From positions 1-38,726 of the forward strand of contig JBDKFM010000003.1 of NCBI GenBank assembly GCA_039798685.1: a DNA stretch of 38,726 nt, given 5' to 3'. Below the pieces are notes generated by a model. The model was not told where the DNA came from. It did no database searches and saw nothing but the letters and a program-made list of their open reading frames with translations. A program made the position numbers and the translations under genes. This stretch comes from Candidatus Parcubacteria bacterium. Lineage in GTDB: Bacteria; Patescibacteriota; Microgenomatia; Levybacterales; UBA12049. Position 1 is the stretch's first letter, and the number at the start of each line of letters is the position of its first letter. Positions 18,120-26,879 of this stretch are shown piece after piece.

Positions 18120-18251
18120 AAGTTTGAGTATAGCGAAGGATTTTTACAAAAGTCAAAAGGCAATGTGTGGCAATAATTTTCTGGCTTTGGGCACTATTTT
18201 TATTGGTAGATTACTTTACTTTGGGAGAGCTTTTGTTATAATCGGCCTATT

Positions 18252-18965
18252 ATGGCAGGAGAAACGATGGGCCCGGTAACTTTGGAATCTGCAAAAGCAG
18301 CTCTTGGAGATGCGATTCACACCTCAGGGGCGTTTGATCGTTCAAAGGGGATATTTAATATCGATAATTTCTGGGCAAGACCGTTTGGGCAGCCGTTTAT
18401 TGATGCGTTTGCTGAGTATATTCGTGCGAGTACTGAATTTTCAGATGCACAGTCGGTGGTCTCGTTTCAGAGATTTCGTTCAGATAATAGATACGGTCTC
18501 TCGCCTCTCGTTGGGCGGATAGGTGATGCACTCGGTTTACAAAGTGGGGTCTGGAGGGAGTCGACTGGTAGTCTCGGGGTGCCAGGGTTTAATGGATCAG
18601 ATGCAGAGAGAGTTCTTTTAATCGAGGACACAATTGGAAATAGTGAATTGTATCCAGCTCTCTCTTTAATAGATCTAAAAAAAAGAGGTTTGTCACCTGT
18701 GGGGCTTATAAGTATAGTTGCGGGAGATTTTGAAACGGATGCTGAAGATATTAAGCGTCTTTATCGTGCAAATACTGGAGATGAGATTGTCGTGAAGGCA
18801 ATTTTTACACGCGAAGAGTTGGGGTATGTGCAATCAAACGTAGATACAGATACTTCTGAGAATGATAGTGTGATTGTTGGCGAGCAAGTAGTCTTTGAGC
18901 ATGCAGAAGTTTCTCATCTACTGCCGAGAAGATTTCCCAGGCTTCCATGGAGAAAGAACAAGTAG
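18252..18965 (+). CDS. Type I phosphoribosyltransferase-like protein (divergent, PyrE-like fold)
   Basis: RVLLIEDTIGNS resembles the PRPP-binding loop; C-terminal VKAIFTREELG. Confidence 0.55.
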   Translation: MAGETMGPVTLESAKAALGDAIHTSGAFDRSKGIFNIDNFWARPFGQPFIDAFAEYIRASTEFSDAQSVVSFQRFRSDNRYGLSPLVGRIGDALGLQSGVWRESTGSLGVPGFNGSDAERVLLIEDTIGNSELYPALSLIDLKKRGLSPVGLISIVAGDFETDAEDIKRLYRANTGDEIVVKAIFTREELGYVQSNVDTDTSENDSVIVGEQVVFEHAEVSHLLPRRFPRLPWRKNK

Positions 18966-19017
18966 TCAACTCAGCATGTTTACACATGTTTTTTGAACTG
19001 CGAATGATGGTTTTTCA

Positions 19018-19058
19018 TTTGTGAAAAGTTGCAATTTTCACAAAGAGTGTACTACACT
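19018..19058 (+). promoter_or_regulatory. Promoter TTGCAA-18-TACACT with a 10-bp inverted repeat around the -35
   Basis: tttgtgaaaa (19018-27) gttgcaa ttttcacaaa (19035-44). Confidence 0.55.
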
Positions 19059-19064
19059 ATTTCT

Positions 19065-19457
19065 ATGCAGCGGATCCTCGTGTCACTTGTCCTCGTCGTT
19101 ATCCTTTTTGTCCATACATCATTTATCTCCTCAGCTGCGCCGAAGAAATCATCGGGTACGATGACATCGAGTGCACAGTTGCTAAAATCTCGTAACTCTG
19201 TCCGTACATATTTTGGAAATCTGAAAAGTGTTTCCAAAGTCTCATATACGCTCTATTACAACGGCAATGGCATAGGGCAGGGAGTCTACGGTAGTTTCGT
19301 ACCGGGTAAAAAGACATCATGGTCGAAGGATTTGTATCTTGGTACCTGTTCGGGAAAAGTCTGCACCATGCATAGAAACGTAAAAAATATTCAGCTTGAG
19401 GTCGTGACCAAATACAAAAACGGTACATCATCGACCAAAATTCTCAAAGTAAAATAA
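19065..19457 (+). CDS. Hypothetical secreted protein
   Basis: Signal peptide; VSYTLYY...QGVYGS...LYLGTCSGKVCT; start moved to ATG 19065. Confidence 0.75.
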   Translation: MQRILVSLVLVVILFVHTSFISSAAPKKSSGTMTSSAQLLKSRNSVRTYFGNLKSVSKVSYTLYYNGNGIGQGVYGSFVPGKKTSWSKDLYLGTCSGKVCTMHRNVKNIQLEVVTKYKNGTSSTKILKVK

Positions 19458-19564
19458 GCCTCTCGTTCCTCATCTTTTTTCAGGTGATTGATATCACAGT
19501 AATTCATTTGACTGAGATGTATCCTTTTTTCAATGATTGTAGTGAGAGGAGGTGTAGAGTGTGT

Positions 19565-19735
19565 ATGAAAAATAATGCCGGTTCCGGTGCAATATATGGC
19601 ATCGGTATGATTGGTGCGTTAGTGTACTTCCTCCAGCATGCAACATCGATTCTCGATGGTATCATCGGAATTGTGATGGCTGTATTTTGGCCTGGTGTTG
19701 TCGTCTACAAAGTGCTGGAAATTTTTAAACTGTAA
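19565..19735 (+). CDS. Small hypothetical membrane protein
   Basis: SD gaggaggtg; GAIYGIGMIGALVYFLQHA...AVFWP. Confidence 0.75.
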   Translation: MKNNAGSGAIYGIGMIGALVYFLQHATSILDGIIGIVMAVFWPGVVVYKVLEIFKL

Positions 19736-19767
19736 ACCAACTGGGTGAGAAGTTGTGAATTTAGGTC

Positions 19768-19796
19768 TTGACATATACCCTAGGGGGGTATATGAT
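19768..19796 (+). promoter_or_regulatory. Copper operon promoter TTGACA-17-TATGAT with CsoR operator
   Basis: catataccc-taggg-gggtatatg (19772-19794), a C/G-tract palindrome of the Bacillus-type CsoR operator, fills the promoter spacer. Confidence 0.9.
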
Positions 19797-19802
19797 CTTT
19801 GC

Positions 19803-20075
19803 ATGAAATCTCACTATCAGGACGTAAAAGTCAAAGCTCAGAAACGTATTAATATCATAAAAGGCCAACTCGATGGTCTGCAGAGGATGATTGATGCAGA
19901 CGAGTATTGTATTGATGTGCTCAACCAGAGCCTGGCTATCCAAAATTCCCTCAGAAGTCTGGATTCCGTACTTTTTGAACGGCATTTGTCGACTCATGTG
20001 TCTCATCAGATGAAAAATGAAGAAACCAAAGCGGTTTCTGAACTTGTGACACTTTTTAAGAGGATCAACAAATAA
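19803..20075 (+). CDS. csoR: CsoR/RcnR-family copper-sensing repressor
   Basis: KRINIIKGQLDGLQRMI..EYCIDVLNQ...HLSTHV; start moved to ATG 19803. Confidence 0.9.
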   Translation: MKSHYQDVKVKAQKRINIIKGQLDGLQRMIDADEYCIDVLNQSLAIQNSLRSLDSVLFERHLSTHVSHQMKNEETKAVSELVTLFKRINK

Positions 20076-20093
20076 GACACTTGCAAAATACCT

Positions 20094-20459
20094 ATGACAA
20101 TAGATGAGTTTTTTGTTTTAATTTTTTGCGGAATTGGAATCGGTTTTATCTATTGGTTTTTCTTGATGAAGAAAGATGAAAAAGCAATTGCGGTGACGGA
20201 AAACGACGTGATTATCACGGTTGAGGGAGGATATACGCCGCAAAATATCTCAATTCCGAAAAACAAAACAACGACACTCAATTTTTTTCGAAAAGATCCG
20301 AGCGGTTGCCTTGAAGAAGTGGTGCTTCCGGATTTTAAAGTACGGAAATATCTTCCGCTTAAGAAAACAACTGCGATAGTTATAACTCCCACAAAAAGCG
20401 GTGTTTTTGAGATTTCCTGCGGTATGAATATGTTTCATGGAAAAATAACGGTGGTGTAA
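20094..20459 (+). CDS. Membrane-anchored cupredoxin (CupA-like)
   Basis: N-terminal TM; [28 protein letters not shown]. Confidence 0.9.
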   Translation: MTIDEFFVLIFCGIGIGFIYWFFLMKKDEKAIAVTENDVIITVEGGYTPQNISIPKNKTTTLNFFRKDPSGCLEEVVLPDFKVRKYLPLKKTTAIVITPTKSGVFEISCGMNMFHGKITVV

Positions 20460-20460
20460 T

Positions 20461-22704
20461 ATGAGTGATACAAAAAAGACATTTCCAATCAAAGGTATGC
20501 ACTGTGCATCATGTGTCGGTGTGATTGAGAAGTCACTCAAGCGGACTCCTGGAGTGACTGATGCGGTTGTAAATCTCGCGACAGAAAAAGCGACAGTTTC
20601 ATACGATTCAGATGAGTGCGGGGAAGATCAGATTGCTACTGCGGTCTCAAATGTCGGCTATAAAATTGTTGCTGATTCCGATGCTGTTTCAGAAGACCGG
20701 GAGAAAATTGAAAAAGCAAAAGAACTAAAGAAACTAAAGATGAAAGTCGGCATGAGTCTCTTTCTCGGAGCGTTGCTTGTCTGGGGTAGTTTTCCGGGAC
20801 TCATGGAGACTGCGCCTGAGTTTTTAAGGAGTTTTTGGGTACAACTCCTATTTGCGACACCTGTGCAGTTTTGGGCAGGGTGGGATTTTTATAGGGCGAC
20901 GATTCCCGCACTAAAACATAGAACTGCAAATATGGACACGCTTGTTGCACTCGGGACTACCGTCGCATATCTTTACTCCGCCTTCGTGACATTTTTCCCG
21001 TCAGTTGTGATGGATCTTGGATTTGATGCAATGCCGTATTTTGATGTCGCGGCAATAGTCGTAGGTTTGATTTTGCTCGGACGTTATTTTGAGGCGAGAG
21101 CAAAAGGTCAGACGTCTGAGGCGATCAAAAAACTCATCGGTTTGCAGGCAAAAACAGCACGCGTTATTCGTGATGGGAAAGAAATAGATCTACCTCTTGA
21201 ACAGGTGATGAAAGGGGATGTGCTCCGTGTACGTCCTGGCGAGAAAATTCCCGTTGATGGTGTGCTCCTTACAGGCGAGTCAACAGTTGATGAGTCTATG
21301 GTGACTGGTGAGAGTCTACCTGTTGAAAAATCAAAAGGTGACAGTGTTGTGGGTGCGACGATGAATGGGACAGGGACGTTTACATATAAAGCGATGAAAG
21401 TCGGACAGGAGACCATGCTCGCGCAGATTATCACACTTGTTCAGGAGGCTCAGGGATCGAAAGCTCCGATTCAGCGGATTGCAGATGTGATCTCGTCATA
21501 TTTTGTGCCGATCGTGATCATGCTCGCGATAGGTACCTTTGGCGCATGGTATATCTTCGGACCACAACCTGCCTTACTTTTCGCATTACTTAACTCGGTT
21601 GCTGTGCTTATTATCGCATGTCCTTGTGCGATGGGACTTGCGACCCCAACTGCGATTATGGTTGGGACTGGTCTTGGAGCAAACCGCGGGATTCTTATAA
21701 AAGATGCAAAGAGTTTGGAGATCGCACATAAAGTCACGACAGTGATATTTGATAAAACCGGTACTCTCACGAAGGGAAAGCCTGAGGTCACCGATATTAT
21801 CCCGCTTCGAAAGATGAAGAGTGATGCGTTGTTGGTCTCAGCGGCATCTCTTGAGAAAGGCTCGGAACATTCTTTGGCAGAGTCTATTGTGAAGAAAGCT
21901 GAGGAGCAAAATTTGACACTTGTCGCTGTGTCGAAATTTAATGCGATTGCCGGACATGGTGTTGTGGGAGTAGTAGGTGGAAAGAAGTTTCTTTTAGGAA
22001 ACAGAAAGTTGATGGTACGGGAGAACGTAGCATTTGAAGAACATGCAGAGCGCATCGAGAAACTGGAGACTCAAGGAAAGACAGTGATGCTTCTTGCGAA
22101 TGATGGCGAACTTGTTGGCCTACTTGCTGTTGCAGACACGATAAAGGACTCAGCGAAAGAAGGGGTGAGCGCATTGCAGAAGAAAGGCATAGAAGTCGTG
22201 ATGATAACAGGTGATAATCAGAGAACAGCGAATGCTATTGCGTCACTGGTTGGTATTACCCGTGTCGTCTCAGAAGTGCTCCCGGATCAGAAAGAAGCAG
22301 AAGTGAGAAAACTACAAGCAACAACCTACAACCTAAAACCTCGAATTGTCGCCATGGTTGGAGACGGGATCAATGATGCTCCTGCGCTCGCAGTCTCAGA
22401 TGTTGGGATAGCCATGGGAACCGGAACCGATATCGCGATTGAGGCAGCGAATATCACACTGATAAATAAGGATCTGAGAACTGTTGCATCGGCTATTGAG
22501 CTGTCGCGAAAAACGATGCGAACTATAAAGATGAATCTCTTCTGGGCCTTTGGGTATAATGTGATACTGATACCCGTTGCAATGGGTGTGTTGTATCCTT
22601 TCTGGGGTATTCTTCTGAATCCGATATTTGCATCAGCTGCGATGGCAACGAGCTCAATTTCGGTTGTTGCGAATTCTCTTTTATTGAAACGGGCAAAAAT
22701 TTGA
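20461..22704 (+). CDS. copA: Cu(I)-translocating P1B-type ATPase
   Basis: [34 protein letters not shown] and MxxSS. Confidence 0.97.
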   Translation: MSDTKKTFPIKGMHCASCVGVIEKSLKRTPGVTDAVVNLATEKATVSYDSDECGEDQIATAVSNVGYKIVADSDAVSEDREKIEKAKELKKLKMKVGMSLFLGALLVWGSFPGLMETAPEFLRSFWVQLLFATPVQFWAGWDFYRATIPALKHRTANMDTLVALGTTVAYLYSAFVTFFPSVVMDLGFDAMPYFDVAAIVVGLILLGRYFEARAKGQTSEAIKKLIGLQAKTARVIRDGKEIDLPLEQVMKGDVLRVRPGEKIPVDGVLLTGESTVDESMVTGESLPVEKSKGDSVVGATMNGTGTFTYKAMKVGQETMLAQIITLVQEAQGSKAPIQRIADVISSYFVPIVIMLAIGTFGAWYIFGPQPALLFALLNSVAVLIIACPCAMGLATPTAIMVGTGLGANRGILIKDAKSLEIAHKVTTVIFDKTGTLTKGKPEVTDIIPLRKMKSDALLVSAASLEKGSEHSLAESIVKKAEEQNLTLVAVSKFNAIAGHGVVGVVGGKKFLLGNRKLMVRENVAFEEHAERIEKLETQGKTVMLLANDGELVGLLAVADTIKDSAKEGVSALQKKGIEVVMITGDNQRTANAIASLVGITRVVSEVLPDQKEAEVRKLQATTYNLKPRIVAMVGDGINDAPALAVSDVGIAMGTGTDIAIEAANITLINKDLRTVASAIELSRKTMRTIKMNLFWAFGYNVILIPVAMGVLYPFWGILLNPIFASAAMATSSISVVANSLLLKRAKI
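22309..22343 (+). repeat. Degenerate heptamer tandem repeat inside copA
   Basis: aaactac aagcaac aacctac aacctaa aacctcg. Confidence 0.7.
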
Positions 22705-22705
22705 T

Positions 22706-23716
22706 ATGGAACTCTGGGTTATTTTTCTCACAGGTTTAACAGTAGGTGGTTTGAGTTGTCTGGCGGTGCAGGGCGGATTATTGGCGTCGGTTATTGCAGC
22801 CAGGGAAGATGCTGCTGCAACTGACGTGAAGCGTCATGCGCTTTTTGCAACGGCTGTGTTTCTGGTAGCCAAACTCGTCGCATATACTATCCTCGGATTT
22901 ATACTCGGAAGCTTCGGAGGCGCTCTGAATATCAGCCCGACAATGCAAACCGTGATGCAGCTTGCTGCAGGGCTGTACATGGTGGCAGTTGCGTTGAATC
23001 TCTTGAATATTCATCCTATTTTCCGTTATGCAATTATTCAGCCGCCTAGATTTCTGACCCGTCTTGTAAGAAATCAGTCAAAATCGAAAGATATTTTTGC
23101 GCCGCTACTTCTTGGTGTTATGACAATTTTTATACCTTGTGGGACTACTCTTGCGATGGAAGCACTCGCGATAAGCAGCACGCATCCGGTGGTTGGTGCG
23201 TCGATTCTTGCAGCGTTTACTCTGGGTACTATTCCTTTGTTTTTCGGTATCGGATTTCTTACTTCAATACTCGGGGATGCATATAAGACTCGGTTTCTGA
23301 AACTCGCGGCTGTTGCAGTATTGTATCTTGGTATTACCTCAATCAACGGAGCGTTTATTGCGCTCGGTTTTCCGCTCAACTCGCAGACTCTCGCAGAAAA
23401 CTTCTCGGGACTCGGACAAAAAGAACAGAAGTTGTATTCGGAGGTGCCTGTGAGTCAGAATGCTGAGATTATCGTCACGTCCAGAGGTTATTCTCCAAGT
23501 TATCTCAGAGTAAAAAAGGGAACACCTGTGACATTAACATTGATCAGTAAGGACGCATATAGTTGCGCGTCAGCATTTCGTATCCCTTCACTCAATGTGA
23601 GTCGCAATCTTCAGGCAAATGAGACACAGACGATTACATTTGTACCTGAGAAAACGGGAAAAATCCCTTTCTCCTGCTCAATGGGGATGTATACGGGAAT
23701 TATAGAGGTGATATGA
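22706..23716 (+). CDS. DsbD_2/TauE-SafE-like membrane protein with C-terminal cupredoxin
   Basis: GGLSCLAVQGG, FIPCGTT, FTLGTIP, then GYSP, SCAS, FSCSMGMYTG. Confidence 0.9.
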   Translation: MELWVIFLTGLTVGGLSCLAVQGGLLASVIAAREDAAATDVKRHALFATAVFLVAKLVAYTILGFILGSFGGALNISPTMQTVMQLAAGLYMVAVALNLLNIHPIFRYAIIQPPRFLTRLVRNQSKSKDIFAPLLLGVMTIFIPCGTTLAMEALAISSTHPVVGASILAAFTLGTIPLFFGIGFLTSILGDAYKTRFLKLAAVAVLYLGITSINGAFIALGFPLNSQTLAENFSGLGQKEQKLYSEVPVSQNAEIIVTSRGYSPSYLRVKKGTPVTLTLISKDAYSCASAFRIPSLNVSRNLQANETQTITFVPEKTGKIPFSCSMGMYTGIIEVI

Positions 23717-23940
23717 GTACAATTAAAAAAACATTTAAGATTGACGGTATGCATTGTAGTGCATGTGCGATGAATATAGATTTTGATCTTGAGGATCTGA
23801 ACGGTGTGATTTCTGCGAAGACGAATTATGCGAAACAGGTCAGTGAAGTAGAGTTTGATGAGACAGTGGTTACAGATGACGATATCATACAAGCGATTAG
23901 TAAAACTGGCTACAAAGCGAAACTTCTGAAGTCAGATTGA
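23713..23940 (+). CDS. copZ: Copper chaperone (HMA domain)
   Basis: IDGMHCSAC...AISKTGY. Confidence 0.9.
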   Translation: MSTIKKTFKIDGMHCSACAMNIDFDLEDLNGVISAKTNYAKQVSEVEFDETVVTDDDIIQAISKTGYKAKLLKSD

Positions 23941-23971
23941 CATTCGTACTTCTTCTTGGCTTAATACATAT

Positions 23972-25429
23972 ATGCCAAGGAAAACTGTCCGTCCCCGTAG
24001 CCTTGATAAAAAGAAAAGAACCCAGAAGATGCGCATTGCGCTGTTTCTATTTGGAGCGCTTATTGTGCTACTTTTTTTGTATTTTGTTGATTTGAATCCT
24101 CAGTGGCAGGAACCATCAGTCCGAAAAAGCGACAATGGAGTACTCAGTATGGTGCTCGCAGTTGTTAAGCAGAAAGTGTTGATTGGCGGCAAAGAAAAAA
24201 TGTCACAGGTTTATAACGGCACATATATCGCAGATACATGGGATATACGTGGGGGAGATACAGTAAAGGTGCGACTCGAAAACGGCATGACAGATCCGAC
24301 CAATCTCCATTTTCACGGAGGACATATCTCGCCAAAGGGACATTCTGATAACGTACTCGTCGCGATAAAACCAGGTGAGACGTTTGCGTATGAGTATAAA
24401 CTGCCTGCGACCCATCCTCCGGGACTCTATTGGTATCATCCTCATCTGCACCGCTATACAGATAGCCAGGTGATGGGAGGTATGCTCGGTGCGATTATCG
24501 TCAGAGGAGATATTGATGAACTGCCCGGGATAAAGGGTGTACCCGAGCGATTACTAGTGATGACGACAGAAGACGCAGGCAATAATGTCATACGACTTGT
24601 TAATAATCAGAAAAATCCCGTGCTTTTTATGCGTCCTTACGAGACGATCCGACTCAGGCTTCTCAATGCGAGTGCAGATGATTTTTATAATTTTTCAATT
24701 CCCGGGAAGACACTGCATGTCATTTCTCGTGATGGCAATACGCTTTCAGAAGTTGAGCAGGTGCAGAGTGAGGTCATGGCGCCGGGGGATAGAGTTGAGG
24801 TCTTATTGCAGGCGGGATCGTGGGGAGAATACATAGTCAAATCACTCCTTTATAAACAAGGGGCATTTACGTACCCTGAAGATACGTTTATGACGATTCG
24901 CGTTGCGGGATTTCCAGTACTTCCGGACAAGCTCCCGACGACACTTCTCCCGTATGATAATTTTTCTGACGCGGTCATTGATAATACGAGAACGCTGACA
25001 TTTTCAGAGGGAGGAACAGCACAGAATACAACATTTTTACTTGATGGTAAGGAGTTTAATCCTGAAGTGATCGATCAGATTATGACACTCGGTACGACTG
25101 AGGAGTGGCATATTATCAATCAGAGTAGTGAGATTCATCCGTTTCATATTCATATCAATCCATTCCAGGTCGTTTCAGTAAATGGACAACCACTTGTGCG
25201 GAAAGGTATGGACGATACGTTTCCAATTCCGGCGAAAGGTGAAATTGTGATCCGTACAAAGTATCGTGATTTTGACGGCAAATATGTCCTGCACTGTCAT
25301 ATCCTTTTTCATGAAGATCATGGCATGATGCAGCTTGTTGAGGTAGTCAAACCCGGTGCATCATCAGCACCGGATAACGGACTCCCGGATCGTGAAGGGA
25401 TGCTTCAGATGCGTGAGATGGCACACTAG
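23972..25429 (+). CDS. Multicopper oxidase (three-domain)
   Basis: TNLHFHG, WYHPHLH, HPFHIH, HCHILFHEDHGMM; N-terminal TM. Confidence 0.95.
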   Translation: MPRKTVRPRSLDKKKRTQKMRIALFLFGALIVLLFLYFVDLNPQWQEPSVRKSDNGVLSMVLAVVKQKVLIGGKEKMSQVYNGTYIADTWDIRGGDTVKVRLENGMTDPTNLHFHGGHISPKGHSDNVLVAIKPGETFAYEYKLPATHPPGLYWYHPHLHRYTDSQVMGGMLGAIIVRGDIDELPGIKGVPERLLVMTTEDAGNNVIRLVNNQKNPVLFMRPYETIRLRLLNASADDFYNFSIPGKTLHVISRDGNTLSEVEQVQSEVMAPGDRVEVLLQAGSWGEYIVKSLLYKQGAFTYPEDTFMTIRVAGFPVLPDKLPTTLLPYDNFSDAVIDNTRTLTFSEGGTAQNTTFLLDGKEFNPEVIDQIMTLGTTEEWHIINQSSEIHPFHIHINPFQVVSVNGQPLVRKGMDDTFPIPAKGEIVIRTKYRDFDGKYVLHCHILFHEDHGMMQLVEVVKPGASSAPDNGLPDREGMLQMREMAH

Positions 25430-25502
25430 GCTTGTGAGAGAAGAAAACTTCAGTAGTGTCTGCAAAAATCTACAGTCTCAAACTCGTTATCCCGAAGATA
25501 CT

Positions 25503-26690
25503 TTAGGCTTTGATCAGTCGTTTTCTGTTTACTGTAAATATGATGAATGTGAGAATGATGAGGGGGAGTGCGAGGAAATTGAGATAATTCCAACCTCCGG
25601 TGAGGAGTATGCTCCCAATCATAAATGACGAGACGACCTGGCTCACAAAGACTATAAAATCATTGATGCCCTGTGCTTTAAATCTCTCAAGGTGTGTATG
25701 GGTTTGAGAGAGGAGGACTGTTGCCGGAATAAAAAGAAAATTCCACCCGATGCCGATAAGGACTGATACTCCCCAGTAGAAAAGGAGAGAATGTGCATGA
25801 ACTGCCAAAAAAATTGAGAGACAAAATGCGCCAAGTCCTAAGAGAAATGTCCGGTACACACCAAGCCGTTGCATAAGTACTCCGGTAAAAAGAGAGGGAA
25901 GATACATCCCCACCACATGGCTTTGACTAAGAAAGACGATATTGTCGAACGTATATGCCGGCATCATATGCAGATGGATCGGGACTGCTCCCATGATAAG
26001 TGACATGACGCTGTACGATGTGGCAGCTGCAAGGACAGCGACGTAAAATCGTGGATCAGTGACGATATTTTTTAAAGGCCTTTCTTTCACATGGATTTTT
26101 TCTTCAAGTGCATGGGTGTCTTTCAGGAAGAAAAGGAACGCACCCGATAAGGCAAAAAGCAGTGACAAAAGAATAAATGAACTTGTGAATCCTGGAAGAG
26201 TGAATGTATCCTGCGTCAGTTTTGCGATCTCAGGTCCGAGAATTCCCGCGATGATGCCGGCAAACAGTATAAATCCTACCGCTTTCCCGGCAGTGTTTTT
26301 CGTGACACTTTCACCACCTGCGAAGCGGTATTGTTGGACAAATGCGCCGTGGAAACCCATAAAAAAACAGCTTACACACAAGAGGTAAAACATCTGTTGT
26401 GAGACGCTGAATGCTGCGATGAGGGAAGCAATTGACGCGAGGAGAGCGGAGAGCAAAAATCCATTTCTTCTGCCGATTTTTTTCATTAAAAGCGCTGCAG
26501 GGATCGTACCCACAGCGATGCCGATAAACATACTCGTTGCGGGAAATGTCACGAGACTGGGTGTCGGTGCGATGTCGGCTCCTATAAGTCCGCCAAGAAG
26601 CGGGACGACACTCGCTGAGATTCCGCCGATAATTTGTGCGAGGAAGAGGAGGTAAATATTTCTGGGAAATGAGAGATACGCATGACGCAT
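25503..26690 (-). CDS. MFS transporter
   Basis: About 12 TMs; MKKIGRRNGF, QQYRFA, HVVGMYLPSLFTG, GIGWNFLF; start moved to ATG 26690 (TATAAT 6 nt upstream). Confidence 0.92.
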   Translation of the reverse strand: MRHAYLSFPRNIYLLFLAQIIGGISASVVPLLGGLIGADIAPTPSLVTFPATSMFIGIAVGTIPAALLMKKIGRRNGFLLSALLASIASLIAAFSVSQQMFYLLCVSCFFMGFHGAFVQQYRFAGGESVTKNTAGKAVGFILFAGIIAGILGPEIAKLTQDTFTLPGFTSSFILLSLLFALSGAFLFFLKDTHALEEKIHVKERPLKNIVTDPRFYVAVLAAATSYSVMSLIMGAVPIHLHMMPAYTFDNIVFLSQSHVVGMYLPSLFTGVLMQRLGVYRTFLLGLGAFCLSIFLAVHAHSLLFYWGVSVLIGIGWNFLFIPATVLLSQTHTHLERFKAQGINDFIVFVSQVVSSFMIGSILLTGGWNYLNFLALPLIILTFIIFTVNRKRLIKA

Positions 26691-26879
26691 CGTACTATTA
26701 TACATGTGTTCCTCTTTGCGACTTGCCACAGCAGTGATCGAAAGAGACTCGTGAGGTAAAAACCATAGTATTTGATACTTTCAGCCTGAGAAAGAATCCA
26801 TGAATAAAATAACCTACCAGTTTCATACTGAGAGCGTGTTCTTAGTTGAAAATATCATTAAAAAGAGGCTACTATAGTA

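Noticed and set aside
19019-19043. Rex operator (TTGTGAA..TTCACAA)
   Set aside because: Half-site spacing is 11 nt rather than 4.
21471-22055. Long antisense ORFs (here and at 4713-5150, 6668-7150, 17212-17625, 35605-35973 and others)
   Set aside because: They shadow or overlap well-supported genes and have no motifs or start signals.
26795-26808. cat gaa taa (HE*) resembling the permease-end repeat
   Set aside because: The upstream codons do not match EALR; likely chance.
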